Of a stretch of DNA of 64,000 bases, positions 27,001 to 37,737 are shown piece by piece; position 1 is the stretch's first letter; the number at the start of each line of letters is the position of its first letter. The translations under genes were made by a program, and so were the position numbers. The notes beneath the pieces were generated by a model that ran no database searches, was not told the DNA's origin, and was given only the letters and a program-made list of their open reading frames with translations. Location: the NCBI GenBank assembly GCA_905178155.1, contig CAJINV010000006.1, positions 626,398-690,397 of the forward strand. The letters are read 5' to 3'. This stretch comes from Amoebophrya sp. A120 (taxonomy: Eukaryota > Protista > Dinoflagellata).

Positions 27001-28898
27001 CCTTAACTCTCGTCGCTGCTCGGCGACAGAGGAGTCCTGCCCTGTTGTTCCCTATCAAATGCAAAAATGTCTGGGTCTGGAAACTTGTAATGCTCGGTTG
27101 GGAATAGTGAATGCTCTGTGATGCACAGCCAGGCATGAGAAATATCTGCGCTACTTAGTGTTGCGCTCTCCGCATGACAAACTGCGTTTTTGCATGACAG
27201 GCAAAAGGCTCTTTTCTTGGACACGCATCACAAACTTCTCAGTCATGCCAGACAAGCATGACAAACCTTGCATTCTTCCAGACCCAGACATATTTGCACT
27301 GGATATTCCCGACTGCTCAGCAACGCCCTGACCCCTCAACGTTGTCGACGTCCTCGCACGTTGCCAACTCACACGCGGAATCGCCGACACCTGCGTTTTG
27401 ATTGCCATATGCATTGCAAATATGTCTGGGTCTGGAAGGGTGGAATTTGTAATACTGTCCGTGGATTCTAAAAATATCTGTGTCGCATGAGCAGCAAGAG
27501 GGGTCCAGTTGTTGGCACGCGGAGAAGACATAATTTCTCATGCTGATAAGCATCAAGAAGCTCTCAAAAAATCTGTAATGCTAGGACCTGCATCACAGAC
27601 CTCACGGGTGGTCATGCAAAATGTGCATGACAAACCTCGACTCTTCAAGACCCAGACATATTTGCATTTGATATGCCACCTTGTCAAACGAGTTCGCCCT
27701 TGGTAATGACGCGCTTATTACAATGAAAAATGCCCCCTCCCCATATCAAAACGGAAATCTGTGATGCAGATTTGTGGTCACAAATCAGCTTTGGGATGCT
27801 AGAAGGCAAAAGATGCGGACTGTAGTGCTTTCTAGCGTGGGAACGCCTTGCAGCTCCAGGATGACAGGAGGCAACTGGAAGTGGGAAACAGCATGACAGA
27901 TTACCTGCAAAGAGGCCGCAGCTTCGTCTCTTGGCCTTCTAGCAATACAAGTCGATTTGTGTCCTCAAATACAGCATCACAAATTCGCGCATCTTTCGTT
28001 TCGGATATGGGGTGGGGGCTTTTTTCACTTTGATAGCGCTCCTGCGTGATTCTTGTACAGCCGTAGTACTAGCAGTTGGCGCTTCTCGTCGTTTCTGGTC
28101 GTCGTTTGGAGGTGAAAAATCACCAATTTCTCCCTGCTCGGCGAGTGAGAGAAAAATGCTGGGTTTAAAAATATTTTTGCTCGAAGTAGTAGTTCTTGTT
28201 GTACTCCTAGTGCCATTTATTTTGGATGTTGAATCAACACCAGCAAAACTTGCGTCGCCCAACAGCTGCATTTGCACATCTTCCCCGTCGTGAAAATTCT
28301 CGTCGAACGACGAGAGCTGCTGCTGCTTACCTGGCGCAAGAACAGCAGACTGAAATCCAACTTCTAGTGCCCAGAAGGATTGTTCAGGATGCTGTACTCT
28401 AGAGGTCGTGGGACTGGGAATCGAGGAAGTTGTGTGTCCTCGTCTACTAGGGTGACGAAGATCGATGTAGTCTTCTTCTTCTTCTTCGAGCGCCGTAGGT
28501 GCAGCTGTTGCACTACTCGTCGCTGGCTCCAATTTACTTCCAGCATTTGTCGTGGTTGGTCTGCGGACGACCAGCGAGACTGCATGAACGACGACTTCTT
28601 GTGCGGCAGGGTGGAGAAGGAGGAAGAAAATTGATAGAAATCTTCCATGTAGTTGTAGTCGTGTACTATTTTTCACTGCGAGTGGAGGTCGTAGTGGACG
28701 AGATGCAGCAGTACAACTACCGCCGTTCTTGTTCAACGTCTTCAAAGTGGTTGTTGTACAAACCTCAAACCACCAGGAGGGCGTGTCATTTTTCGAGCGG
28801 GAGGACCTTCCTTGCCCGGGTCGTGGTGGTCCAGGACCCAACTTCATCGCGTCGTGGGGACAAGAACTACCCCGCTTATTACTTCGCTTTTTCGTCAT
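12093..28898 (-). CDS. Very large multi-exon probable type I membrane protein of unknown function (may be more than one gene)
   Basis: Start MTKKRSNK at 28898 followed by a hydrophobic stretch FLSIFFLLLHPAA; minus-strand open segments between ~33 TIR elements; Pro/Thr-rich stalk and TM segment VALTCITLTGVLAFVLLLAGIVVTVFLL near 14080-14170. Not every junction was verified. Confidence 0.5.
12867..13117. mobile_element. Family A introner
   Basis: A TIR; DR gcgcg. Confidence 0.9.
13441..13753. mobile_element. Degenerate family C element
   Basis: tgtcctatgtaaaaacgcccc...ggggtggggcg..ctcaggata; DR not clear. Confidence 0.55.
13800..14050. mobile_element. Family A introner
   Basis: A TIR; DR gcctt/gccct. 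Confidence 0.88.
14637..14898. mobile_element. Family A introner
   Basis: A TIR; DR agcgt. Confidence 0.9.
15200..15600. repeat. Degenerate ~20-bp tandem repeat (gtcgtgcgtcgcctaa-like)
   Basis: Recurrent gtcgtgcg / cgcttaag / cgcctaa units, probably intronic. Confidence 0.7.
15714..16036. mobile_element. Family B introner
   Basis: B TIR; DR ctcct. Confidence 0.9.
16289..16609. mobile_element. Family B introner
   Basis: B TIR; DR tctag. Confidence 0.9.
16673..16940. mobile_element. Family A introner
   Basis: A TIR; DR gatcg/cttcg (degraded). Confidence 0.85.
17005..17272. mobile_element. Family A introner
   Basis: A TIR; DR ctgct/ctggt. Confidence 0.85.
17418..17682. mobile_element. Family A introner
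   Basis: A TIR; DR caagt. Confidence 0.9.
17742..18062. mobile_element. Family B introner
   Basis: B TIR; DR agctg. Confidence 0.9.
18113..18434. mobile_element. Family B introner
   Basis: B TIR; DR ttgta. Confidence 0.9.
18518..18669. mobile_element. Family D introner
   Basis: D TIR; DR ggtgc. Confidence 0.9.
18743..19056. mobile_element. Family F introner
   Basis: TIR gtcaggatcgaaat..; DR degraded. Confidence 0.8.
19110..19253. mobile_element. Family D introner
   Basis: D TIR; DR agttc. Confidence 0.9.
19416..19692. mobile_element. Family A introner
   Basis: A TIR; DR ggccc. Confidence 0.9.
20219..20490. mobile_element. Diverged family C introner
   Basis: tatcccgagcaaaaacgggg...ttttaaataggata; DR agccc/aaccc. 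Confidence 0.75.
20568..21235. mobile_element. Family B introner enlarged by a nested insertion
   Basis: B TIR; DR cccca/gccca. Confidence 0.85.
20649..20981 (-). mobile_element. Poly(A)-tailed retro-insertion (5'-truncated non-LTR or SINE-like)
   Basis: 10-bp TSD ggtcccaaat (20639-20648, 20982-20991); T13 run and (tattg)n at the left end. Confidence 0.75.
21252..21952. mobile_element. Degenerate family A element hosting a nested F element
   Basis: tatggaatgcaaaaacatcgatctggg...ccagatcga..tttgcgtttgata. Confidence 0.6.
21294..21599. mobile_element. Family F element (nested)
   Basis: F TIR; DR acgag; close inverted copy at 33465. Confidence 0.9.
21971..22235. mobile_element. Family A introner
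   Basis: A TIR; DR cgcgg. Confidence 0.9.
22326..22864. mobile_element. Family A introner hosting a nested A element
   Basis: Outer A TIRs at 22326 and 22864. Confidence 0.8.
22443..22695. mobile_element. Family A element (nested)
   Basis: A TIR; DR ctctc. Confidence 0.9.
22939..23200. mobile_element. Family A introner
   Basis: A TIR; DR gtctc. Confidence 0.9.
23261..23511. mobile_element. Family A introner
   Basis: A TIR; DR ccaga/ccagc. Confidence 0.88.
23541..23853. mobile_element. Family F introner
   Basis: F TIR; DR cagtc. Confidence 0.9.
24584..24845. mobile_element. Family A introner
   Basis: A TIR; DR gcgcc. Confidence 0.9.
24881..25142. mobile_element. Family A introner
   Basis: A TIR; DR gatag. 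Confidence 0.9.
25496..25750. mobile_element. Family A introner
   Basis: A TIR; DR cagca/caaca. Confidence 0.88.
26061..26371. mobile_element. Family B introner
   Basis: B TIR; DR acctc. Confidence 0.9.
26444..26652. mobile_element. Truncated family A element (left TIR missing)
   Basis: A interior and right TIR only; abuts a duplicated exon segment. Confidence 0.7.
26689..26940. mobile_element. Family A introner
   Basis: A TIR; DR not matched; near-identical inverted copy at 54226. Confidence 0.85.
27053..27305. mobile_element. Family A introner
   Basis: A TIR; DR ttccc; empty-site copy at ~26386-26443. Confidence 0.92.
27408..27673. mobile_element. Family A introner
   Basis: A TIR; DR tgcca. 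Confidence 0.9.
27716..28035. mobile_element. Family B/G introner
   Basis: tattacaatgaaaaatgccccctcc...ggggcttttttcactttgata; DR gcgct. Confidence 0.9.
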
Positions 28899-29639
28899 CA
28901 GTGATCGTGTGTAGTTCTTTTTAGCATGCTTTTGTATAATTTACCCAAAAATGAAACCGTTCAACAAATAAATACTCAAAGAAATAATGAGGTAAGTCCA
29001 GTCAATAAACCGTTGCTATCAGTACAGAAAAAAGGAGGGCCTGAGGCAGCCGATTTTGTTTTTCAACACAAAAATCGTGTGTAGCAAACCAACCAGCCGA
29101 GTGTTGTTTTTGAAAGCACGAGGACACTTGTTTCATCATCTTTCATCTTCACAATTCTCCGTCAGAGTGTTACTTCTAGAGGACAGATGAAACCGAAAAG
29201 CTGTAACCAAAAGCCGAACCGAAAAAACACATTTAGTTTTGCAGGCACTCTGCGCATTCTTTGAAGTTGAACCGAATCGCGTTCGCGGCAAGGGTCCTCC
29301 GAACCGAAACATGAACAGTACACCGACTATTATTAATACCGGAATTAACCAGAGACTAGACCTCCGAAGGACGAACATTTTTGTCCTGACAAGCCGAACG
29401 GTGAGCAAGGCAAATCTTCTCGGCGAACTGTCCTTGTACAACCGAAGTTTTTGTAAGTCCTGCGAATAATATAGTAAAGGAAATATATTTCCACCGATGC
29501 GGTGACCTCCGTCGGTGAACTTTCTTGTAGACGTGCCTTCTTGTGGCCGGAGACTGTGTGCAGCTTCTTGAGCGACGAGACCCGTTTCCTTATTGTAAAT
29601 GTTACTGCTAGTCAGTTTGTTCGGGGGGGTGTTTATTCC

Positions 29640-30810
29640 TTTACGGTCAACATTCGGATGAAAGCCTCAAGAACCTCCTCAGCAACAACTCACCTCCACC
29701 GCGTTCGGGTTTTCCACACTCTCGACCACGATGTTCCTTGGCACGAAAAAGTTTTGTCGTGCATCCATCCCGAACAACGCGTCTCGGATCCAGTCGTGGG
29801 ACTGGGTAGTGTCCCAGCGTCCCACGTCTTCCTTGTGTGTCCTCGTCTACTCGGGTGAAAATCATCTTCGATGTAGTCTTCTTCCTCTTCGAGCGCCAAA
29901 GTAGGTGCAGCTGTTGTACTACTCGCTGGTGGCTCCACATTTTTACTACTTTCGTGTGTACTACTAGCCGCTGTAGTTCTCCGCACCAGCGACACCGCAT
30001 GAACGACGACATGTGCGGCGGGGTGGAGAAGCAGGAGGAGGAAAATTGATAGAAATCTTCCATGTAGAAGTCGTGTAACTGCGAGTGAAGGTCGTAGTGA
30101 ACGAGGTGCAGCAGCACACCTACCGCCGTTCTTGTTCAACAACATGGTTGTACAAACCTCACCAAGCCGCCGGGGCGCATCATAATTTTTCGAGCGCGAT
30201 CTCCCGGATCGCGGTCCCAATTTGCCGCGGGGACGAACCCGCTTGTTCTTCCGCTTCTTCCTCATAGATGCTAATGGTGACAAGAATGTAGAAGTGACAT
30301 GTTTGTATTCAAAAGAAAATATCAAATCGACGTTCTTAAAATGAACTCACATTTTTGATACCTGCAGATGAACCAAAGGAGGGCCTGAAGCACAGTCGAG
30401 TTTCTTCAACCCAAATTGAATAAGTAACAACGATCGAAGGTGAAATGTCCAGTCATGCGTGCACTATATCATGGGGAAGCCGGACGTTTTTATTGTGAAA
30501 GCACGAGGACAGCACTTTCCTCTTTCACAACGTCGACACAATTCTGCACTTGTAGAGGACAGAAACCGAAAAGCTGTAAGCCACAGCCGCACCGAGAAAA
30601 CACACGCAGTTCTGCAAGCGCTGCTACATTTTGATGAACCGAATCGTGCGACAACGTGGCAAGAAAGGTCCTCCGAACCGAAACAGTACACCGAATTATA
30701 TGAAAGCCGGCAAAGACTAGAGCCTAACCGGCGGAAAAGAGAGCAGTGATCATTCATCTGTTACCGAACGGCACTTGCACTGCTACTGACAACCGAGTTT
30801 TATTTCTTGC
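29640..30810 (-). pseudogene. Chimeric diverged duplicate: first exon and upstream region of the large membrane-protein gene fused to an exon copy of the methyltransferase gene
   Basis: 29790-30810 resembles 28390-29470 (HGRFLSIF..EEEEDYI); 29680-29795 resembles 32565-32950 but lacks its introner. Confidence 0.6.
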
Positions 30811-31099
30811 AACTAGTGCGAAACTATTAGAGGCAAAAATCTATTACCGCAGCAGCTTCGACCGACGCTGACATACACCGATGGGCTTCTACCCAGCTTC
30901 GCTGATGAACTTTCAAAACTTACTAGTAGCCGACTTCTCATATATGTTCTAACACGTGAACAAGTGATCATGTTCAAGACTTGTGCAGAAATGAACTTCT
31001 TCACCTGGACTGCAGCCTGTGTAGTTGCTCCTTACACAGGCGGCCCATCTGGAACAACTAGGAAGCAAGTACTACCTCCTCGTCGATGAGGTTGGATGT

Positions 31100-34000
31100 T
31101 TTATTCACAGGTTCAGTCGAGTGCGCTAAAGCTTTTTTTTGTCAGCAACAACTCACCTCCACGGCATTCGGGTCAGCAACTCACCTCCACGTCAGCAACA
31201 ACTTTGCACTTTCTGCATCACAGACTTACACTTACATGAGTTTTTTTCTTGCATATGGGAGCAGTGAAATTCAATCATGCGGGTGGAGTGGGATTCTAGA
31301 ATTTTGTTGTTGTTTTTGAGGTTTGTTGCACCACCAACATCATCTTCAGTTTCGCGCTGCGATGATGGAACAACAGCGCCGTCACCACTTGCGGAGGCGG
31401 CCACACCTCCGTTATTAAAGGCGGTCTTACAGTGTCTCGCGGCGTTGCGGTGCAGTTGGAAGTCGTTTTCTTGGTTGGAATTTTTGCTATTGTTGTACTG
31501 CTGTTGATTTAGAAGATTTTGCGAAGCTGCAAAAGAACCCGTGGTTCTAGTCACTGTTGTGGTTCCGTAATTATGCTCCGTCATGTAACTAGCTCCCTCG
31601 TCGCACGGGGGAATCAGATTCACCGAAGCGGCCGCGGCATTCACAAGCCCGTCGACGTAGGGAGAACAAAGTTCCGCGAGTATCAAAGGGAAAAATCCCC
31701 CCTCCCCATACTAAACCGGAGATTTGTGTAGCATGATTTGTGACCACAAATCCTTTTGTCATGCTAGAAGGGAAGAGATGCGTTCTGTAGTGCTCGCTGA
31801 CGTAGGAAAGCCTAGCGTCTTCAGCATGACAGGAAGCAATTGGAAACGGGAAACAGCATGACAAATTGTCTACAAACGAGGGAGCAACTGCGCCTCTTGG
31901 CCTTGTAGCAATACAAGTCGATTTGTGTACTCAAATACAGCAACACAAAATCCATTTTCGATATGGGGAGGGGGGATTTTTCCTCACAGTAGCGAGCTCC
32001 GATGGCGGTTTCACCAGTGGGAACCTCCTATCAAATGCAAAAATGTCTGGGTCTGGAAGGATCCAAACTTGTCATGCTGTCTTTGGATTCTAAAAAAATC
32101 TGTGTTGCATGACCAGCAAGAGGAGCCCAGATTGTGCTACGCGGAGAGGGCATTTGTCATGCGGAACAGGCATCAGGAAGCCTTCCAAAAAACTGTGATG
32201 CTAAGTCATGCACGACAAGCATCATGGGCCATGCAGAATATGCATGACAAACCTTGCAATCTTCCAGACCCAGACATTTTTGCATTTGATATCTCCGGAC
32301 GAGGAACAACCCCTTCACCGAAGCGGCCGCGGCATTCACAAGCCCGTCGACGTAGAAAGAAGAGGTGGAGGAGGTGGATGCGGTTGTACTTCTGCCATCG
32401 TCGGTGTTCATCTTCACTACAGCTTCTGCACCTCCAGCAGAGCTACTAGAGATGAACTTCTCGTCGTTCATTTTGTATGGGGTTCTCAAATGTTACATTC
32501 TCAACTGTTACATGATTTGTCATGCAAAAGTGCCATTATCATCTCCACCAAGCTTTTTTTTGTCAGCAGCAACTCACCTCCACGGCATTCGGGTTTTCCA
32601 CATTCTCGGCCACGATGTTCCTTGCCGCGAAAAAATTTTGTCTTGCATCCATCCCTATCCACTGCAAATACGTCTGGCGCTGGAAGAACTCGGGGTTTGT
32701 CATGCATTTTGTAGACCGCAAAATGGTCTGGAATGCTGCCAAAGGCATCACAGGTTTTGCGCATGCTTTCCAATGCCTGCTATCCCACACGAGAAATTAG
32801 CTTTCTGCGTCGCACGATGCTGGCAACTATTCGAGCTCATACAACACAGATTTTGGTGTCCTCCAAAATTAGCATCACAAGTTCCAATCTTTCCAGACAT
32901 CCAGGGATATTTGCAATGCATAATCCCGAACAACGCGTCCCGAATCCAGTCGATGCGCGGTGACTGCGTGGCGGCCCGGCGGTATATTGTGAGGAAATAT
33001 CCCCCCACCCCATATCAAAACGAAGTCTCTGATGCTGGATTTGAGTACACAAATCAGGTTTGTCTTGCAGAAAGTGCTTGGCGGCAATTTCTGAGCCTGT
33101 TTGGGTACTATGCAGAAGGCTAGCAATTACGCATGGAAAACGGGTTTGCAGTAGCCAAAAGCGCGTGACAGATTGGCTTTGGAATGCGCCACATGGCAGC
33201 TCCTATTGCCCTATAGGCAAGACAAAGATGATTTGTGACCACAAATCAGCATCACAAATTTCTAGTTTGAGTATGGGGTGGGGGGAGTTTTTCCTTTTGA
33301 TACGGTAGCACTCAAATTCGCACAGGTTCCACGCGTTGTTCCACTGGGAGGTGTCGAGTGGCCCCTCATTGTTGTTGTTCCCATCCTGCATGACAAACTC
33401 CTCTGTATTCGCAGCACCACCTCCACCCCGACTTCTCATCTTCGCTGCGAACCACAGGTCGCGCTATGGAACTGTCAGGATCGAAATCGACAAAGTCAAA
33501 AAATTTGTGATGCATAAAATGTAAGGCACTGAAGGCCTGTATTGGGGAGCAGGTAAATCAGACCGCTTGTAAGCCTGTTTAGGGGTATACAATGTGCTGC
33601 CAGAGTGGCATGAGAGGACCAGTCTTCTTTGCCCAAACAGCATGACAGCCTGGATTTGGGTGCTCCTGCAATTTGTCATGCGCCACTTGGAAACTGAGCG
33701 TCCCACTGGCATCGATTTTGTGCATCGCAAGTTTTTCGATTTTGTCAATTTCGATTCTGACACTTCCATACGCGCACGATCGGCCGCAAAAATTCGCGCA
33801 ACACGGGCGAGTGCAGCTTCACCGAGTCAACAAACAGCGGCGTGTCCTTTCCTGGTTCCGGGTTCGCGTTCCAGTTGTGCATGTCGTAATTCAGGGCTTT
33901 TTCAAACTCTTCCCGACGCTCCGTGGTGTTCAAATGCTTCTCTTCGATTTTTATCATTTTCTCGACAATGCGGTGCGCGATTTGCAATGCGATTTTCTTT

Positions 34001-36169
34001 CGCAGGAACACCGCGTCGTAGCCTGTATAGCTGATCAGCACGTACTCGTCTCCGCCGTAGGTTTTCAGAATGTGCAGCACTCCTGACAGAGAGCACCCCA
34101 TAAAATCGTCGGCCTTGTAGCCCAGGACTTGGTCGGAATCTACTTCCGAATCATCCTCCGTGGCCGGCACTACTGCTTCCGGCGTCGCTTCCGCCGCATC
34201 GGGGGGTGCTTCTTCGTTTTTCATCGCCGAGCTTTTTGTATCTGCTGCTCCCACGCTCGCGTCGTGGGTGCTAGTATCTGCGTCCTCTCCTGCAGCTGTC
34301 TCTTGCACAACTTCTCGCGTGGTCTTGTCACCACTATCTTTATCCTGCGCCAGACTTCTCCGAACCATTCGCAGCGGGGGCGGGAAGTCCGGATTGATTT
34401 CCAATGCGAGCACGGACGGACGGATGTTCAGCGAGACTGCGGACGTGTCCTCTTCGTTGGCCGCACTGTCGCCCGACCGCGAGAGTAATGCTCTCAAAAC
34501 CATGCAATCGATGTGTGCATTGCAAAAATGTCTGGGTCTGGAAAGCGCCAGGCTTGTCATGCATTTTTTGCATGACCCATGATGCCTGTAATGCATGAGC
34601 TAGCATCTTCGCAGATTTTTAGAAGGCTTCCTGACGCCTATCCCGCATGACAAATGCCCTCCCCGCGTAGCACAAACTGGCCTCCTCCTGGTGGTCATGC
34701 AATACAGATTTTTTTAGAATCCAAAGTTAGCATCACAAATCCCAACTTTCCAGACCCAGACTTCTTTGCATTTGATACGATGCTGTCGATGTCGATCTTG
34801 ACGAAGTCGGGGTTTTGCTGCATGCGCTCCAGGTGTCGGAGGCTGGTGGTCCACCCTGCTACCTCTTGATCCCCTTTCTCCTCCTCCTCTTCCGCCCGGC
34901 GCAATCGCCGCAGCAACTGTTTGTCGAACTGATACAAAAGTTTGGGCAGCGTTTCTGGCGTCGCAAAATCGCCGGAGAAGAAAATGTCGTCACGACCAGA
35001 CGAAGAAGAAGACCTTTTCTCCTGGAGGTCCTGGGCGCGCAACAGTACAGCCTCCTCCTCCTCCGCCGCCAAAACGTGTGCGTCCCGTTCCTTTTTCAAC
35101 CGCGCCAGGCTCTCTTGGTGCGCTTCCACGTAGAGCGCAACCAGGGCGTTTTTCCGCGTGCGCAAAATCCCGGAAAGTGGATCGTCGTTGTACAGCTTAT
35201 ACCCGCTTCCGAAGTTCATGATCGTGACGAGGTGCTTCTTTGTTTCCTGCTCAACAATAGAATCTTCTTCCGAACCTTCGTCTGTTCGTCCCGAACAAAA
35301 CTCGAACTCGTTTTCTCTTTCCGCACCTGAAAAATCTAGGGTGGCTTCGGTTCTCTGCAACTCCCTCTTCGCACTGTCAGTTCTCGTGCACTTGCTCGTG
35401 GTTGTCATGTGGTTGTCGTGTGACTCCTCGAATGATGATGAAGCAGGAGATGTGGTATCATCTTCCTCTTGTTGCACCGCAAGAGCGTCGAACTGTTCCA
35501 GGTCGTCGGCCAACTTTTCCAAAAACTCCCCCTGTTCGAAATACTGGTTGGAGGATTGGAGGGTCGGAAGGGAAAACCCGCAATTCCAATAAGACACGGA
35601 TTCCGGGGTTTTCCGCACCGCGTCGGCCGTTGCGCAGCTGAATTATTATGAGGAAAAACGTCCCCTACCCATAGTCAAGATGGAAAATCTGCTACGCAAA
35701 TCAACAAGCTTTGGCTGTTGCGCATGACAAGTTTGGCCCTCGTAGCGTAGTCCTGTTTAGCTAGTTCAGCAGCATCACAGATCTAGCATATCACGCGGAT
35801 TGGAGCATGACAACTATGGGGTGGGGCTGTTTTTACATAGGATATGAACCGCTCCTGTTTCTCGCGAAAGAGCTGGTAGTAGTTCCCATCCCTTTCTGCG
35901 TCGGGCTGAATCTGCTTGGCGGACAGCAGCAGGCCGTGGGGGTCGTTGGGGTAAATCTTCGCGTCGGTCGTCCGGTAGTAATTCCGGTCGTGAAAAACGA
36001 GGAGAAGCAGGGCTGTCTTCGCTGGTCGGTACGGGTATCCTGCGGCCCGCGGCGCGAAAAGTCGGGAGGGGCATGATTGGGTTTGTCGTTGTTCCCACGG
36101 GGCTTGGGCAGACCGCCGCCGGGGCTTCTCGATCGGGGCTTGTCCTGGCGCCGCGCCGACCGTTCTCAT
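31100..36169 (-). CDS. FkbM/Methyltransf_21-like SAM-dependent methyltransferase (3' end uncertain)
   Basis: Spliced motifs IMNFGSG..NDDPL, ALYVEA, FATPETLPKLL, PDFVKIDIDSIDCMVLRALL, RPSVLALEINPDFPPP, GCSLSG, YTGYDAVFLR; frame restored across elements at 35644, 34514, 33465, 32985 and 32656. Confidence 0.65.
31681..31991. mobile_element. Family B introner
   Basis: B TIR; DR gcgag. Confidence 0.9.
32029..32291. mobile_element. Family A introner
   Basis: A TIR; DR cctcc/tctcc. Confidence 0.88.
32656..32922. mobile_element. Family A introner
   Basis: A TIR; DR atccc; empty-site copy at 29761-29780. Confidence 0.9.
32985..33302. mobile_element. Family B introner
   Basis: B TIR; DR cggta. Confidence 0.9.
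33465..33770. mobile_element. Family F introner
   Basis: F TIR; DR cgcgc. Confidence 0.9.
34514..34777. mobile_element. Family A introner
   Basis: A TIR; DR cgatg; removal gives KIDIDSIDC. Confidence 0.9.
35644..35844. mobile_element. Family C introner
   Basis: C TIR; DR tgaat/tgaac. Confidence 0.82.
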
Positions 36170-36899
36170 CTTTCGCTACAAGAGTTTCGGCTTTGCCGAA
36201 TGGGTGGGCGGGGGTTCGTCGACACGACGGGCAAGACGCAAAGGCGCTTGCTGGGGGGCGCAGGCCCGGGAACAACATTCGCTGGCGGCCCCGCGGTGAC
36301 GAAGCAGGAAAGGCCCCGCGGCGGCGGGCAAAAAGGCAACAGGCCATCGGGGTGTAAGGCGTGGCGCGTGGCTAATTCAAGCGCCCGGCCGCCCCGACGG
36401 GCAAAGCGCGGCGGCATTGCCCTTGCGCGCCGAGCACAGGCCGGAGGGCGGCAAAGGTTTCCGCACCGGTGGCGCAGGCGGGCGCCGCGCTTTTATTGGA
36501 AAGGCGGGCGGGCCTAGTTCGGCAGACCCCCGGGCCCTGCCCTTGGCGGGCGAGCCCCCTGCAGGGGCGCTCTCTTTTCATCAGCCGGAGCCGGATAGCC
36601 CCGCCCGAGCGGCGCACGCGGCCGTAATTGCGCGCCCGCTTTAGGGTTGCCACGGCGGGAAATAGTCCGGCGGCGGGCCCCCCCTCTGTGGGGTCTTGCG
36701 CCCTCTTGCGGTCCGCTAGATTCCATGCCCCACACCCCTGTGGTATGCGTACAGCGCGCACGGAGCGGGGGGGGGGGGGGCAGAGCACCCAAGAGGAGCG
36801 GGCCCAGCCCGCGCAGGCCCCGTGGTTCGGTTGGAAGTACAGCCTGGAAGTGACCCACTAAGGCTCCGCACACCTATCCGCCCGGACGGAAGCGGATCA

Positions 36900-37568
36900 G
36901 ATCAGCCAGCGCGGATTGAGAAACTTAAAAAAATTTTAAAGGTGACAGAAAAGCTTGAAACGTCGCGGCCATTCGCTGAAAATGAACAAGCTCCCTATAG
37001 TTTTTGCTGATCTTTTGAGTTAGTGGATCAGACTACGTCTATGATGCCAGGATCTGTGACGTTTTGTGAAACTTAAAAAATTTAAAAAATTGCACATCTA
37101 ATGCAGAAGCTTGAAAAGTTGAGCAATTTACCTCAAAACTAACGCAATCGCGATAGTTTTTACTGCTTTTTTCCTATATTGGAGCAACTGAGGCCCAAAG
37201 CAGAGGAATGCACAACATTTTGCAAAAATCAAAAAACTGGAAAAATTACATTTGTAGTGCAGATGCCTGAGAGGGTGGCTATTTAGCATGTAAATGGATG
37301 GACTTCATATAAATTTTACTGATCCTTTTATCCACAGGAGCAGATTTGCAGCAGCGCGCAAAAATATGACATATCTTTTCAAATTTCAAAAATTTTAAAA
37401 GTTTGGGCTGAGATGTATAGTCCTGAAAAATTCACAAAATGAAGTAAAAACACACACAATCCTTATGGTTGTTTCTGATCATTTTATCCGCTGGAGCAGA
37501 TTAGGACCAATGTCACGCAATATGTGACATTTGACAAAATTTGTCAAAATTGAAAAAATTGAAAAATG
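36900..37568. repeat. Degenerate AT-rich ~156-bp tandem array, left part
   Basis: ttttt[ga]ctgatc-like anchors at ~37000, 37156, 37313, 37469; A-tracts in phase. Confidence 0.7.
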
Positions 37569-37737
37569 CAGGAGCGTGAGCCTGCCGAATGCTGCGGATT
37601 TGATGCCCGCGGTTCTTGCCAGTGTCTTAGGCAAGATAGGTGGTTGGGTGGGGTGACTGGGGCGCATTTCGCTCCCTCCTGGGCTGTCTACGATTCGTAG
37701 ACGCCCTGGACCCCATTGCTCAGCGGGGCGCGTCATA

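Noticed and set aside
15700-28040. Alternating conserved repeats and short unique segments as a CRISPR-like array
   Set aside because: The repeats are inverted pairs bounding 150-330 bp elements, the unique segments are variable-length exons, the context is eukaryotic, and there are no cas genes.
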